Shown piece after piece: positions 43,632-54,295 of a stretch of 64,000 bases of DNA (position 1 is its first letter; each line of letters begins with the position of its first letter). The stretch is taken from assembly GCA_963693365.1 (NCBI GenBank), contig CAVNZM010000004.1, positions 1,609,449 to 1,673,448 of the forward strand. Reading direction: 5' to 3'. Made by a program: the position numbers and the translations under genes. Under the pieces are notes generated by a model. It was not told where the DNA came from. It made no database searches and saw only the letters and a program-made list of their open reading frames with translations. The DNA is from Amoebidium appalachense. Lineage: Eukaryota > Protista > Ichthyosporea.

Positions 43632-45950
43632 CCACCGTGCTATCGCTGGGTTCCCTTGCTTGCACTGCCTGTGTGGGCTCATATGGAGGTGGGGGTGCGC
43701 ACCCCATGGATAGTTCCTTGGGAAGGGAAGATCTTTGTTTGTATAGTATGTAAAAACCTTACATATTGAGGGAAGGTTTGGGGAGGGGGGGGGGGGGGGG
43801 GGGGTCGGTGGTGAAGCACTTGATAAGAAATGTGGAAAGACCATAGCTAGCAATATGTATGAAGCAATATAAATCTAGTTCTGAATATTATTTGTTCTGC
43901 TCTGGTGAGTGCTCCGGTTATGGCCGGCAGGTAACGGCATGTTTTGGATTCCATGAATGACAGTTAGTTTAGGGACAGTTTTGTTTCTTTGCCTGCTCTG
44001 GGGTGAGTGTCCACTAAAGATAGAAATTGGGTGGGTAGGGATTGGCTCAATAACATGGGCACTTGCTTGTAAACCTGTATATAGCGTCTCACACCATCAT
44101 GTACTTTGTTTGTCGCCAGAACGAAGTTTTTACTTAGGCGCGACATATTGATTTTGAGACGATTAATTAGGTTCCCTGTGCTTGCAGTTGGTAGTTGGAG
44201 CTGTTGGCTTTGTTTGCTGGTGTTTTCAGGTTGAATACATCTACATAGTATTACGGCGGGATGCATGTGGCACTGTTTGAGATTGCTTAGGTTTGAGTGT
44301 GCTCGCCGATAATTAAATTCAATACACGATAAGAATACTATTAGGTGTGCCGTATAAGTGTCCAACTTGAAAATAAAAAGACAAAACCTGACAGCATATC
44401 TAATGTTGAAATAAATGGACAAGGCTTATTGAGTGTGTGCACGTTTGCTGACTGCATACCACATGACGGTGTTCCACCGTGACCGGTGTACCGTGGTAGA
44501 CGAACGCTAAAAAACACATACACCTGAGTTTCCACCCGTAGCCCACAATGTAATACGAACACACACACGCACGCATGCGTGCACGGTGCGGTTCACACGC
44601 ACACGCACAGTCACGCCATTACACACGCGCACAATACAAAGCATACCGGCCCAGCTAGCTAGGGGTGCAGTGCCACATGCAATTTGATGGAGCATTCATT
44701 CACTTAAACTTCTTATTTTACCCCGTTTTTTGCCCGGAGGGTCCCCCATAGGAACTTTTGGTCTTCCACTAAGCATTGGCTGTACCGGTACCTGTACCCT
44801 AGCTCGGGTGGTAACCTCTTTGAGGGTGCTGTCAGAGCGGCTGTTAACACACAGCAGCACACAGCAGCTGCATTTGCTGCACCCTGTTATATGAATATCT
44901 CCTAAACTATAGCTATACTCGTTCAGTGTAACCCACATAGCTTCGTATCAGACCGGGTGCACGGTCGGTCTCAGAGCTCTCAGGCATCAGGCCATCGTGC
45001 CGACTGACTGACTGATGACATATCGTTTCCTGGAATCAAGTTGACATGCGCCACAACAGAAACCGGCCGAATGCTCTTTAGGAGCGGAGGTAAAAAAAAA
45101 TTCAGCAGTTTGAACTTTGATGAGATGGGGTTACATATATGGTATTGCCACGAGCATCTACGACCACTGAGACCCAACTCTCATCTCTGAGTGAGCACAA
45201 AACAAAAAAATTTCTTTGGGCAATTCAATACTAGCACTCAACATATGCATTCGACAATTTGTGCAAAGCAATGGGTTTGTCGACAATACATGTTCACGTC
45301 ATGCGACATACACAGCGAATTCCTGGGGGTATAGGGTGAGAGTTGCTGGTCTATTGATGAAGCGCAACGCACCAATCAAAGCCTTTTTGGAGACAGACAC
45401 ATGGGAATGTGATGCTCTCTTGACGAATCAAAATGTTTCTTTCAAAGCGGCTCATCGTTTCATTGGTTGACGCTTTGGCGCCGATCTTGACCGTAACAAT
45501 CAACCCTCGACCTTGAAAATGTTCCCCTTTGAAGCCATAAACGAGGAGGCCTTCTTTTCAGGCTAGCAGTATAGGAGGGTACTTTATTGGTTTCTAGGGC
45601 TATTACTTAATATAAAGCTCTGCTCTATATTTTATTGTTGCTTCTTACTGCTCGCCATAACTAAATACATAGCCTTGCAAATGCATTGTCGACTAAAATA
45701 AACCCCAAGTTCCTCGTTCCTTACGGAATGGCTCAACGTGTGATTAGAAACACAAACGAGGTTCGTGTGCCAAAGTTTTTCAAAGCCCGTGTAGTGGCTT
45801 CAAAAGCCGCCAAAAAAACCATCTTGGCTGACTGGCACGCACACAACACACACAGAGAGAGACGAGCACACAGGACAATGATTCTGTTGTACACACACGC
45901 GAACACCTAAATGCAGCACGCAGAGAGAAACTTGCTTGGGTTACCGTAGA

Positions 45951-47222
45951 ATGGCCAGGTCTGACTTTGAAGACTCTGATCCGCACCGCATGGCCGAGAA
46001 AGCAGCACCGACGTCGCTCGTGATTTCCCCACGCATACGCTTAGAGCCAGCACGTAGGTCCTCGTGTCCCAAAGTTTTCTGGTCAGATGGGCAGAGGGAG
46101 GGGTCGATGCTAAAGCGCTCCCAGAGCCCCGAGCGGGCCAGAAGCAAGCCAAGTGGTGCAAGGAGCAGTCTCCCCTATGGGAGCAGAGACGGCCAAGCCC
46201 CACGTTCTGTTCCCACCCGTGTTTCTGAGCCCGAAATTGCTTTTTCACGCCGGCGAACGGGCTCCATGCAACTGGACGCTGCCGAATCTACGCCGATAGG
46301 ACACAAGCTCAGTGCAGCCGTGCGCAATGCACCCTCGAGGCGAAGGTCATCGATCAAAGGGGCACAACTGGAGGAGGTAGAAAAGTCGGATAGAAGGCCC
46401 TCTGTGCACCTTTCCCCTCTCCCTGTTTCGGATCTTGTCGAAGGGGAGCGCAGGCGGCATAGCGTGGAAACGATAGATTTTGGAAAGGAATGGGTCTATG
46501 ACGTTAGCAGTTTCCTTCGCTCGGTTCGCCTTCATAAATACATACCCGTTTTGGCGCAAAAAAACATGACTCTGGAAGAGCTTCTGAAGATGGATGAGAA
46601 TTCGCTGGAGGGCTTGGGTGTGGCAACAGCTGGCGCACGAAAACGCCTCTACGCTGCCATAGCAAAGTACAACACATACAAGTCAGATCCCCAGCGCCGA
46701 GTTAGCGTTTTTGACATCGATCTTCCCGTGTCACCCGACATGCAGACAAACGCTGCTCAGGCTGACGACAACTACATCCGCCAACGTACGATCTCTTGGT
46801 GCGCTACCTTTGCGCCAGACAGTAACGACTCGGATAGCAGTAACACCGACCTTGTTCCCGGCCCATCGGAGACACTAACGGAGGAGGAGGACACCGTTCA
46901 GTTCCATCTGGGCTCGAAGATCGAGTATGTGGGTGAGCGCCTACTCGAAGATTTGCTTAGTGATGGTGACCAAGAACAAGCAAAAGACAACCAGGGGCGC
47001 CGCTCATCACGTCCTGTTGGCTTAGATCTGAGGAGATGTGCGTCTTCTGTGCAAGGCAACATTCCTTCTCCAATTGGGTCACCTAGGATCACAAGGCACA
47101 AGTCTACTGGTACGAGTAGAGCAGGGACTTTGTCCGATGAACGGGAAGAAGCAGGGAAGGGCTTGGGATTGTTGTGGGGAGGGCTCGGGCACAAGGCACT
47201 CACACTTCTAGGCCCGAACTAA
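45951..47222 (+). CDS. Intronless SAM-domain protein, Vts1/Smaug (SAMD4)-type RNA-binding SAM
   Basis: DVSSFLRSVRLHKYIPVL..MTLEELLKMDENSLEGLGVATAGARKRLYAAI matches the WLRSLRLHKY..GARRK signature; Ser/Arg-rich flanks; first ATG at 45951. Confidence 0.85.
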   Translation: MARSDFEDSDPHRMAEKAAPTSLVISPRIRLEPARRSSCPKVFWSDGQREGSMLKRSQSPERARSKPSGARSSLPYGSRDGQAPRSVPTRVSEPEIAFSRRRTGSMQLDAAESTPIGHKLSAAVRNAPSRRRSSIKGAQLEEVEKSDRRPSVHLSPLPVSDLVEGERRRHSVETIDFGKEWVYDVSSFLRSVRLHKYIPVLAQKNMTLEELLKMDENSLEGLGVATAGARKRLYAAIAKYNTYKSDPQRRVSVFDIDLPVSPDMQTNAAQADDNYIRQRTISWCATFAPDSNDSDSSNTDLVPGPSETLTEEEDTVQFHLGSKIEYVGERLLEDLLSDGDQEQAKDNQGRRSSRPVGLDLRRCASSVQGNIPSPIGSPRITRHKSTGTSRAGTLSDEREEAGKGLGLLWGGLGHKALTLLGPN

Positions 47223-47619
47223 CTAAAGTGGTCGTGGGCCTATTTATTGGCGTCATGATGACTGGGCTGCCCTATCGGTTTATAATGTTTTGACTGTATT
47301 GGTGTTGACGACATTTATCCATGAAGGTGAAACACATGCCACCTATTTGTCCTACTCTTAGCTTGGTCATGTACGTTTTGAATCCGATTAATTTAATTTT
47401 TAGATCAATATAATGCATGCTAATACCTCACGGGCTGGCCCCTGGGGTGCTGCATCGAGTCTGAAAAATGAGTTCTTGCACTCTTGCCAGTGACATGAGT
47501 GGCATTTTATAAAATAGATATAAAAGCCCGCCAGGAATGATGGGCACGTAGGTACCTGAGTACATATCTGTCAAAATGTGGCGAGACTATCGTCTTTGAT
47601 CAGACATGTTAAGACTGGG

Positions 47620-48700
47620 ATGAGGATCCCCCCCCCCCCCGGCCCCGCCGGGGAATTTTTTTTTCCTTTTGACTGTATTTATTCGACGGAAAGATTTGCA
47701 AGTATGAACGGCATACTGAGAAGACAATAAAAACTTCTCTGCGAGTTATCCATAACAAGTGCATACTGAGATACCTGAACACTGTGCGAAAATCATATAA
47801 ATACTCAATGTGACGACCAACAGAATTCAACAAAAAGTCTAAAGTGTTCACATTTCCAGCCAGTGTAGCAGACACCCGTAGGGAAAGAAGAGTAACGCGA
47901 CATAAAAACTCACATCTATCAACATGCTTTCGATTAAAAAGTTCAGCACAAAAGTTCACCATCGGCGATGGAAACAAGAATTACAACGCCACTGCACAAC
48001 TTCCCAGGCAATATCAACATCAGAGCACCATACAGACTTATCTACTAGGGTGGTATCCATACGTACAGCAGGAGAAATGTATCCTGCCAAAGCTCCCAAA
48101 AAGCGATAATGATTAGTACGGTGTTGCCTAAGGATCATAACACATGCCGACGCCGTTTTGCCTTTAATTTCTCTATGAGAACGAGAAAGGAACTTATCTG
48201 CGTATGGTAATAACTCGAAAAGGCAGAAAACACAGGAAGAGAAAAGAAAGAGGGAGTGAGATAGCGAGAGGAAGGAGCAGGTTGAAAGAGGGTAGGCTGA
48301 GGACATTCAGAAGTGGTGTTGGTGAATCGGAGGGGAAGTGGGATGGAGGGAGGGGGGGGAAAGAAAGCATAAAGAGGGTGACCATCAGGTATCCTAACTA
48401 AATGAAAACAAAAACGAAGAGACAATTCCTCCATACGACAAACAGCAGACGACAATCCAAACATCCTAATTAAGGGAGGCACAAACCGAGTACGAAACAA
48501 AGTGTGCAGCTCAGTACCCTGAAAATCGTCGAACTCTTTCAGCGCCACGGCCGCCTCGCGAGGTGGGGCGCAGGCCAATAGCGGAAGTCCATATTCGAAA
48601 GCCGGCCGTAAAAAACTTTTATAGTAGAGAAGAAGGTTCGCAGGATGGATCACAGGGAAAATTTGAGGTTTTTGGACCTCAAAGAAGTCAAATCCTAGTC
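47620..48700 (-). pseudogene. Degenerate, 5'-truncated relic of a second related LINE family (ORF2 C-terminal region, frameshifted)
   Basis: Three overlapping - strand ORFs give IHPANLLLYYKSFLRPAFEYGLPLL, YISPAVRMD..VVQWRCN and LFNRKHVDRC..NVNTLDFLLN, collinear with ORF2 LHPSIRLTFIRTFVFPACEYGLPLL, YILPSCRTG..AIQWRSN and QFNRSCIAKC..NYNILDFILN. Confidence 0.85.
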
Positions 48701-48783
48701 TCCAAGGCTATGTACCCACTGGATTACGTAAGTGGCCGGGCACTACTACGCCGCGGGACGTCTCCGGTTGGGTCTATGAATTC

Positions 48784-49045
48784 CTGTTGGGCAATCGGAA
48801 CGCTTGGTTATCTTGTAGGTCCAATAGGAATGCTGTATTTTCTGTTGGGCAATAGGAACGCTAACCTAAATTGTTGTTGGGCAATAGCAACGCTTCCTTA
48901 ATTCCTATTAAATTATTAATGCGACTTTGAACCAATCACATGCTGTAAATTTAAATTTGTTTGCGCAATCAGACACTTTGTCTAGTGACTGTCGCCTGCG
49001 GCAACATAAAAGGTATGTTGAGCCCGGCCGCAGGGAGACAGTCGC
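48784..49045 (+). promoter_or_regulatory. Promoter-like block: four ~30-bp-periodic CAAT-containing repeats, two further CAAT boxes, CATAAAA and an Inr-like CAGT
   Basis: (c/t)tgttgggcaat(a/c)g(g/c)aacgct at 48784, 48842 and 48874; ccaataggaatgct at 48821; CATAAAA at 49005; cagtcgc at 49039. Confidence 0.45.
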
Positions 49046-49175
49046 TCAAAGTGACTAGTCAAATCCTACAAAATTCACTACCGGGAGGCCAAAAAGGGTG
49101 ATATCACAAAAAAGCAGGGTCATACTTGAAAAAAAGAAAATAGGCTAGTTCAGTGGGCTGCCGATAAGTATATTT

Positions 49176-49245
49176 CGCACACATCGATTCAGTCGCACAC
49201 ATCGATTCAGTCGCACACATCGATTCAGTCGCACACATCGATTCA
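49176..49245 (+). repeat. LINE 5' tandem 18-bp monomers (4 units)
   Basis: CGCACACATCGATTCAGT x3 plus a 16-bp partial unit. Confidence 0.9.
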
Positions 49246-49340
49246 AATGTCGCTCTTTATTATCTGCTAATAAATAGTATCCTTCCCCTAAACCAGGCCA
49301 TCCGTGGCCCTAAGGGCCGGGGAACACCCCCATCCATGTC

Positions 49341-50525
49341 ATGGCACATGCCTATAATCGTTTCAGAACCTCTTTCAAAGTTCCATCTACACCCATCACA
49401 CATGTGCGACCATTAAAACGTCCAGCAGATACACCTACCACAGATGCACAACCAGAAAAACATCGCCTTAGACTAAGCGCAACACCTATTTACAATACAC
49501 TACCCATTCAGAATAACACCACACCACTCCGTAGAAACACAATAACAACCATGCCGAAACTTTCGGTTGATACAGTACTGGCAGAACTTGCCCTCGTTAA
49601 GAAACAGCTAAATGAGCTGTTACCACTCAAGAACATGATAGAAAAACTCCAAACAGAAAATACCCAACTCAAGCTCACCATTGATTCACTCACAGCCCAG
49701 CTAAACATTAGTGGATCGCAAAACCCCAAAACTCATGAGCAAACATCTCGCGACGGAGACATTTCCACCCCAACACAAAACAACACAGGACCGGAAGCAC
49801 AGCTCCCGGCAGAGTTCCTAGAATATGCGAACTCTCGTAAAACACCCGAGCTCCGCCAAATTGCCAAGGAAACATATGCCAGCATTCTTGCAGGCAACGA
49901 GTACCGCCGCAACTCCCCTCCCAAACCGCCGGCTAAGGGGAACACCCAAGCAAACGGTAACATCAACATCCCACCCAAATACGAGAGGGTGTATTTCAAA
50001 GTCAAGCACGGCAGACGCCCACACAGGGCCATGTGGTCCATCTTCAAGGCTCTCGGCTTCCGGTGCTCTCGCATCCTTTGTCTGTCCTTCATTGGATACG
50101 ATGTGCTGGAAGTAGCAGTACGGGGCGACTATAACCGTGCGTTCATCCGTGACGCGACAAAGGGGTGTGGAAGCTTCTTCACCCACCTCCCAAGCTACGA
50201 CCCATGCGCGCCGGAAAACATTCAGAAAGCAGACAAAGAACGTAAAGTGTCTGCTAAGAATGCGTGCGCCACACGTTGTCGTGTACGCATCAGCAAGGCA
50301 AAAGAGTTCCTCGCAAAGTTGGAAAACGATGCTACGAGCGTGATAGACACGGACACGAAGGAACCAATGTTTTCTGGTGAGAAACTGCTCGAGCGCAAAC
50401 GCCGATGCGAGATGGAAATCGAGCTCTTCTGCGAACTGTTCGCGCTGGCGGAAGGTCGTGCATACGACCCCGTAAGCGACAAGTGGGAACCAACCCCACA
50501 GGTGTCGGACCAAACCGATGCCTAA
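49341..50525 (+). CDS. LINE ORF1
   Basis: 394 aa, identical to copy 1 ORF1; stop overlaps the ORF2 start (ATGCCTAA). Confidence 0.9.
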   Translation: MAHAYNRFRTSFKVPSTPITHVRPLKRPADTPTTDAQPEKHRLRLSATPIYNTLPIQNNTTPLRRNTITTMPKLSVDTVLAELALVKKQLNELLPLKNMIEKLQTENTQLKLTIDSLTAQLNISGSQNPKTHEQTSRDGDISTPTQNNTGPEAQLPAEFLEYANSRKTPELRQIAKETYASILAGNEYRRNSPPKPPAKGNTQANGNINIPPKYERVYFKVKHGRRPHRAMWSIFKALGFRCSRILCLSFIGYDVLEVAVRGDYNRAFIRDATKGCGSFFTHLPSYDPCAPENIQKADKERKVSAKNACATRCRVRISKAKEFLAKLENDATSVIDTDTKEPMFSGEKLLERKRRCEMEIELFCELFALAEGRAYDPVSDKWEPTPQVSDQTDA

Positions 50526-53500
50526 TTTATCCTTCTTCTTCTGGAATGCTCGGACACTGGGCCCCCAAAAGGGCCTCCCCCCCGGGACACTCGACGATAA
50601 AATCAGCTACATACAACAACAGACAAACAACCACACGTTTACAGTGATTTGCGAAACACAGTTTAAAAACCACCACAAATTCAACTCTACATTGGTCGAC
50701 ACATCCACACACCCCGGTTACGCGAAAAACCGAGGCATTATTGTACTTGCCGCACCACACGTGAGAGTGAAGTGCAAACCGGTAGCAAAAACGGAATTCT
50801 CGGTTTCTATAGAGTTTCTTTCTAATGTTTTTACTTTTGTATATTACCCACCATCTATGTCGGTTGTCGAATTGACTCACGAGTTGTCACAGTTACCAAT
50901 GTCCACTGTTATTTTAGGTGATTTTAACACGCGACTCCACCACACAGACACACTGCAAGTGAGTGTCGGGTACCCATCTAAGCCCCCGGAGCGTGCTATC
51001 CCTTTAGCAAGGTATGTCCAAAGTCACACTTTGCGGTTCCCTCAAATATCCCATGCCCACAACACCGACTGGGGAGTGGCCTTTTGGCCATCAACCATGT
51101 CAAAACTCTCTCTCCCTCCTAACCTCTCTAGGTCATCTGACCACTCTCCTATCCTTTTCCTACCTAAGATCTCCCTTGATCTGCTCCCCCCTCCCCCTCC
51201 CACCTTTCGCCTCCGTCTATCCCAGCTTAAGTCACAGTGGGGTAGAGTTGATGTATGTGTATGCTATGCTACGAAACACCCTATATATATGCGCCTATTA
51301 GAATCTGCACAAGCCAGGCCAGATTCACATCTCGTACTAGATACATGCACTAACTTTATTGTTGATGATTTGATAGATCTCGGTGATTATGCTGGCGGTG
51401 GTAGGAAGGAATATCCCGATGCTCTCTTGTTACCAAACACCACTCCCGCTAGAGTAGGTGAACCCCTGTCTCAAAAGGAAAGCTTGCGCCGGCTTGCTAG
51501 TATGAATCGATTTGGACCCCCTGCTCGTATTATTGGTGATACCACTGGAGACCCCCTCATAGACTCTGATAAGTATTTCTCGGAACTGTTTAAAGATAGG
51601 ACCCCCGCTCAGAAACCTATTGTGTGGCCTGTAGACCCATCTATCCCCATAGAATCGATCCTCCCCTTTTTCAGTCCCGATGCCATATGGTCTGTGATAT
51701 CTAGTTATAGCTCTAGTAAGTCTTGTGGACCTGATGGACTCCCTGCTGGGTATCTTAAAATCCTTGTTCCCTCCTACCCACAAAAGGAAAGTGATCGTGC
51801 TATTAAACCTGATCTTACTATCATGTTAAGCTCTCTCTTTTCTTGGTGTGTTAAATGTGGACATGTCCCGTCATCTTGGTTAGATACCTTAGTGATCCCC
51901 ATAGTTAAGAAGGACTCTGAGGGCCCCATATCATCCTTTCGCCCCATTACACTAACCCAGGTTGTTCGTAGATTCTTTGAAGCTTGCTTACTTAGGTTAT
52001 TTGCACATCACCCTAGGTTTCAATCTATTCTTCACATACACCCATGCCAATCCGCTTTTCGTAAAAACAATTCATGTTATGTTCAAATAATGGCACTGCA
52101 CGATTCTATGCAAGTTGGTGCACAATATGTTGGCTTTATTGATTGGAAAACTGCTTACGATTCTGTCTCCCCTGGTCTCCTATGGGAAAAGCTTGCTGCA
52201 CGGGGTGTACCACACTGCATTGGTGTTCTGTTAGAAGCACTCTTGTCTCAAACCTATGGTAGAGCTGTGGTTAATGGGCATCTTTCATATGGTTTTGCTC
52301 GTACTAGAGGTCTCTTGCAGGGTTCATTGCTTAGCCCCTTTTTGTTTAACCTATTTATAGATGATTTGGCTGTCAAGATTTACGCCGAAAACGATGACCC
52401 TATTAATAACTTTCCGCCTGCACTTCTCTATGCTGATGATCTGTCCCTCCTTGCCCGTACCCCTAGACGCCTGCAAAGATTGTTCGATGTAGTGTCAGAG
52501 TGGTGCAAGGCAAACCTTATGATCCTTAACATAGACAAATGTGGTGTTCTTGTACCTGATATAGCTAACAATTTACACACATTTACATTATCATCTAAAC
52601 CTGTACCTATAGTTCCAGAATACAAATATCTTGGTGTTCCGGTTGATTCTGTTGGTGTTATGTTTCCCCATATGGTCGAAAAGAGGGTAGAGTTGGCTCG
52701 TAAGCGGTTAGCTTTCTTCTCGGCTAATATTTTTAAAGACACACCCCTCCATCCTTCTATTAGACTTACATTTATTCGCACTTTTGTCTTCCCGGCATGT
52801 GAATATGGTTTACCCCTTCTCGCCGCTTGGATCAAGAAAGAGAGAACTAGAGCGCTTAAACCCTTGGCAAATTTCCTTGAAGCAGAAGTTGCCTCCTTTC
52901 TATCTAACAACTGTTGTAAACCTGGGCCTGTAACGCTCTCGATATATGGTCTGGTCCCAATAGCTGCTAGAGTATCCTATCTCGCGCTGAAATTCAATAA
53001 GCACATAAGCCGCTTAAAGAAGTATTTGCCCTCCCACCCTCTCTTCTCTATCCGACCTGTCCCCTCCTCACCTCTCCCCTCTTTCCTCCCCTCTCTCTCC
53101 CCTTCTCCCCTGGGCACAAATACAAATAAACCCCGCAATAGTGTGTGTGTGACTTTGGACTGCCACTTACTTATTAAACATGTACACAATCACAAGATAA
53201 TCACGCAATATAACAAATGGAAAAAGATACCACACGACACTAGACCCGATGAAAGCATACACCTTGAAAAACTAAGCCTTATGTCTCGTTTTATATATAC
53301 TGACCGCCTCAACCATATTGCCAAATATGGCACTCGCAAGTGTATAACACCTAAATACATATTACCTTCCTGTAGAACTGGTCTTTCTCTAGCTGATGGT
53401 ATTATTGATCAATTACCACGCTTTTACTGTACACGTGCTATACAGTGGAGATCTAATAAGTATAAGGTGGCATCATTTGCATGCCCAAACAACACACACA

Positions 53501-53712
53501 CACACCAGTTTAACCGGTCATGTATCGCCAAATGTAGTTTGATAGACCACATAATACCGCAACACACACACGTCACATTCACAACAGACACCCAGAAAGA
53601 TAGCCTACCTGTAAATTACAACATCCTTGATTTTATACTAAACACGCGTAACTACGACCTGTTTATTAGATGTATTGATTGGCTTGAGAAACACATCACT
53701 ACAAAATTATAG
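50518..53712 (+). CDS. LINE ORF2, AP endonuclease + reverse transcriptase + Cys/His-containing C-terminus
   Basis: Uninterrupted 1064 aa with GDFN/SDH (APE) and QG..LSP/YADD/YLG (RT) motifs. Confidence 0.97.
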   Translation: MPNLSFFFWNARTLGPQKGLPPGTLDDKISYIQQQTNNHTFTVICETQFKNHHKFNSTLVDTSTHPGYAKNRGIIVLAAPHVRVKCKPVAKTEFSVSIEFLSNVFTFVYYPPSMSVVELTHELSQLPMSTVILGDFNTRLHHTDTLQVSVGYPSKPPERAIPLARYVQSHTLRFPQISHAHNTDWGVAFWPSTMSKLSLPPNLSRSSDHSPILFLPKISLDLLPPPPPTFRLRLSQLKSQWGRVDVCVCYATKHPIYMRLLESAQARPDSHLVLDTCTNFIVDDLIDLGDYAGGGRKEYPDALLLPNTTPARVGEPLSQKESLRRLASMNRFGPPARIIGDTTGDPLIDSDKYFSELFKDRTPAQKPIVWPVDPSIPIESILPFFSPDAIWSVISSYSSSKSCGPDGLPAGYLKILVPSYPQKESDRAIKPDLTIMLSSLFSWCVKCGHVPSSWLDTLVIPIVKKDSEGPISSFRPITLTQVVRRFFEACLLRLFAHHPRFQSILHIHPCQSAFRKNNSCYVQIMALHDSMQVGAQYVGFIDWKTAYDSVSPGLLWEKLAARGVPHCIGVLLEALLSQTYGRAVVNGHLSYGFARTRGLLQGSLLSPFLFNLFIDDLAVKIYAENDDPINNFPPALLYADDLSLLARTPRRLQRLFDVVSEWCKANLMILNIDKCGVLVPDIANNLHTFTLSSKPVPIVPEYKYLGVPVDSVGVMFPHMVEKRVELARKRLAFFSANIFKDTPLHPSIRLTFIRTFVFPACEYGLPLLAAWIKKERTRALKPLANFLEAEVASFLSNNCCKPGPVTLSIYGLVPIAARVSYLALKFNKHISRLKKYLPSHPLFSIRPVPSSPLPSFLPSLSPSPLGTNTNKPRNSVCVTLDCHLLIKHVHNHKIITQYNKWKKIPHDTRPDESIHLEKLSLMSRFIYTDRLNHIAKYGTRKCITPKYILPSCRTGLSLADGIIDQLPRFYCTRAIQWRSNKYKVASFACPNNTHTHQFNRSCIAKCSLIDHIIPQHTHVTFTTDTQKDSLPVNYNILDFILNTRNYDLFIRCIDWLEKHITTKL

Positions 53713-53732
53713 CGCACGCGCACACACACACA

Positions 53733-53781
<49 letters not shown>

Positions 53782-53813
53782 CCAGCTGATACCGAGTGTC
53801 CCGAGGGGAGCCC

Positions 53814-53857
<44 letters not shown>

Positions 53858-54167
53858 GGGGAACCCCAACTAATTGATTTCTCCTTGTAGTCTTTATGGT
53901 GTCTCGTAGAGAAAGTAAACCCTGATATATAGTCACCACCCGACATCTATGTACGTGATCATGATATACCGCTGAGGGGATATTCCGAGCAAAACCCCCC
54001 CCCCCATACCTGAGACTGGTTCTCTTTGCCTCGAGTAAACAGCGTAAACCCCCTGTATACATGCTGCCGTGGTTGTTGCTCTAGACGGCAGTGTGGCATC
54101 GCATGTGTCACATTACGTGCACGTGAATGCGACCATGTGCAGGCACTGAGTCTAGGGGGATTTGTGT

Positions 54168-54295
<128 letters not shown>

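Larger units (their letters stand above)
49176..54053 (+). mobile_element. Full-length, intact non-LTR retrotransposon (LINE), copy 2
   Basis: Intact ORF1 and 1064-aa ORF2; 5' monomers; 3' UTR with (CA)n, internal poly(A), C11 and terminal GTAAACCCCC. Confidence 0.97.

Noticed and set aside
44696-45910. Short ORFs upstream of the SAM gene
   Set aside because: No recognisable motifs or consistent splice structure; likely intergenic, promoter or 5' UTR.
49176-49245. Short direct repeats resembling a CRISPR array
   Set aside because: Contiguous tandem units with no spacers, no cas genes, eukaryotic LINE 5' end.
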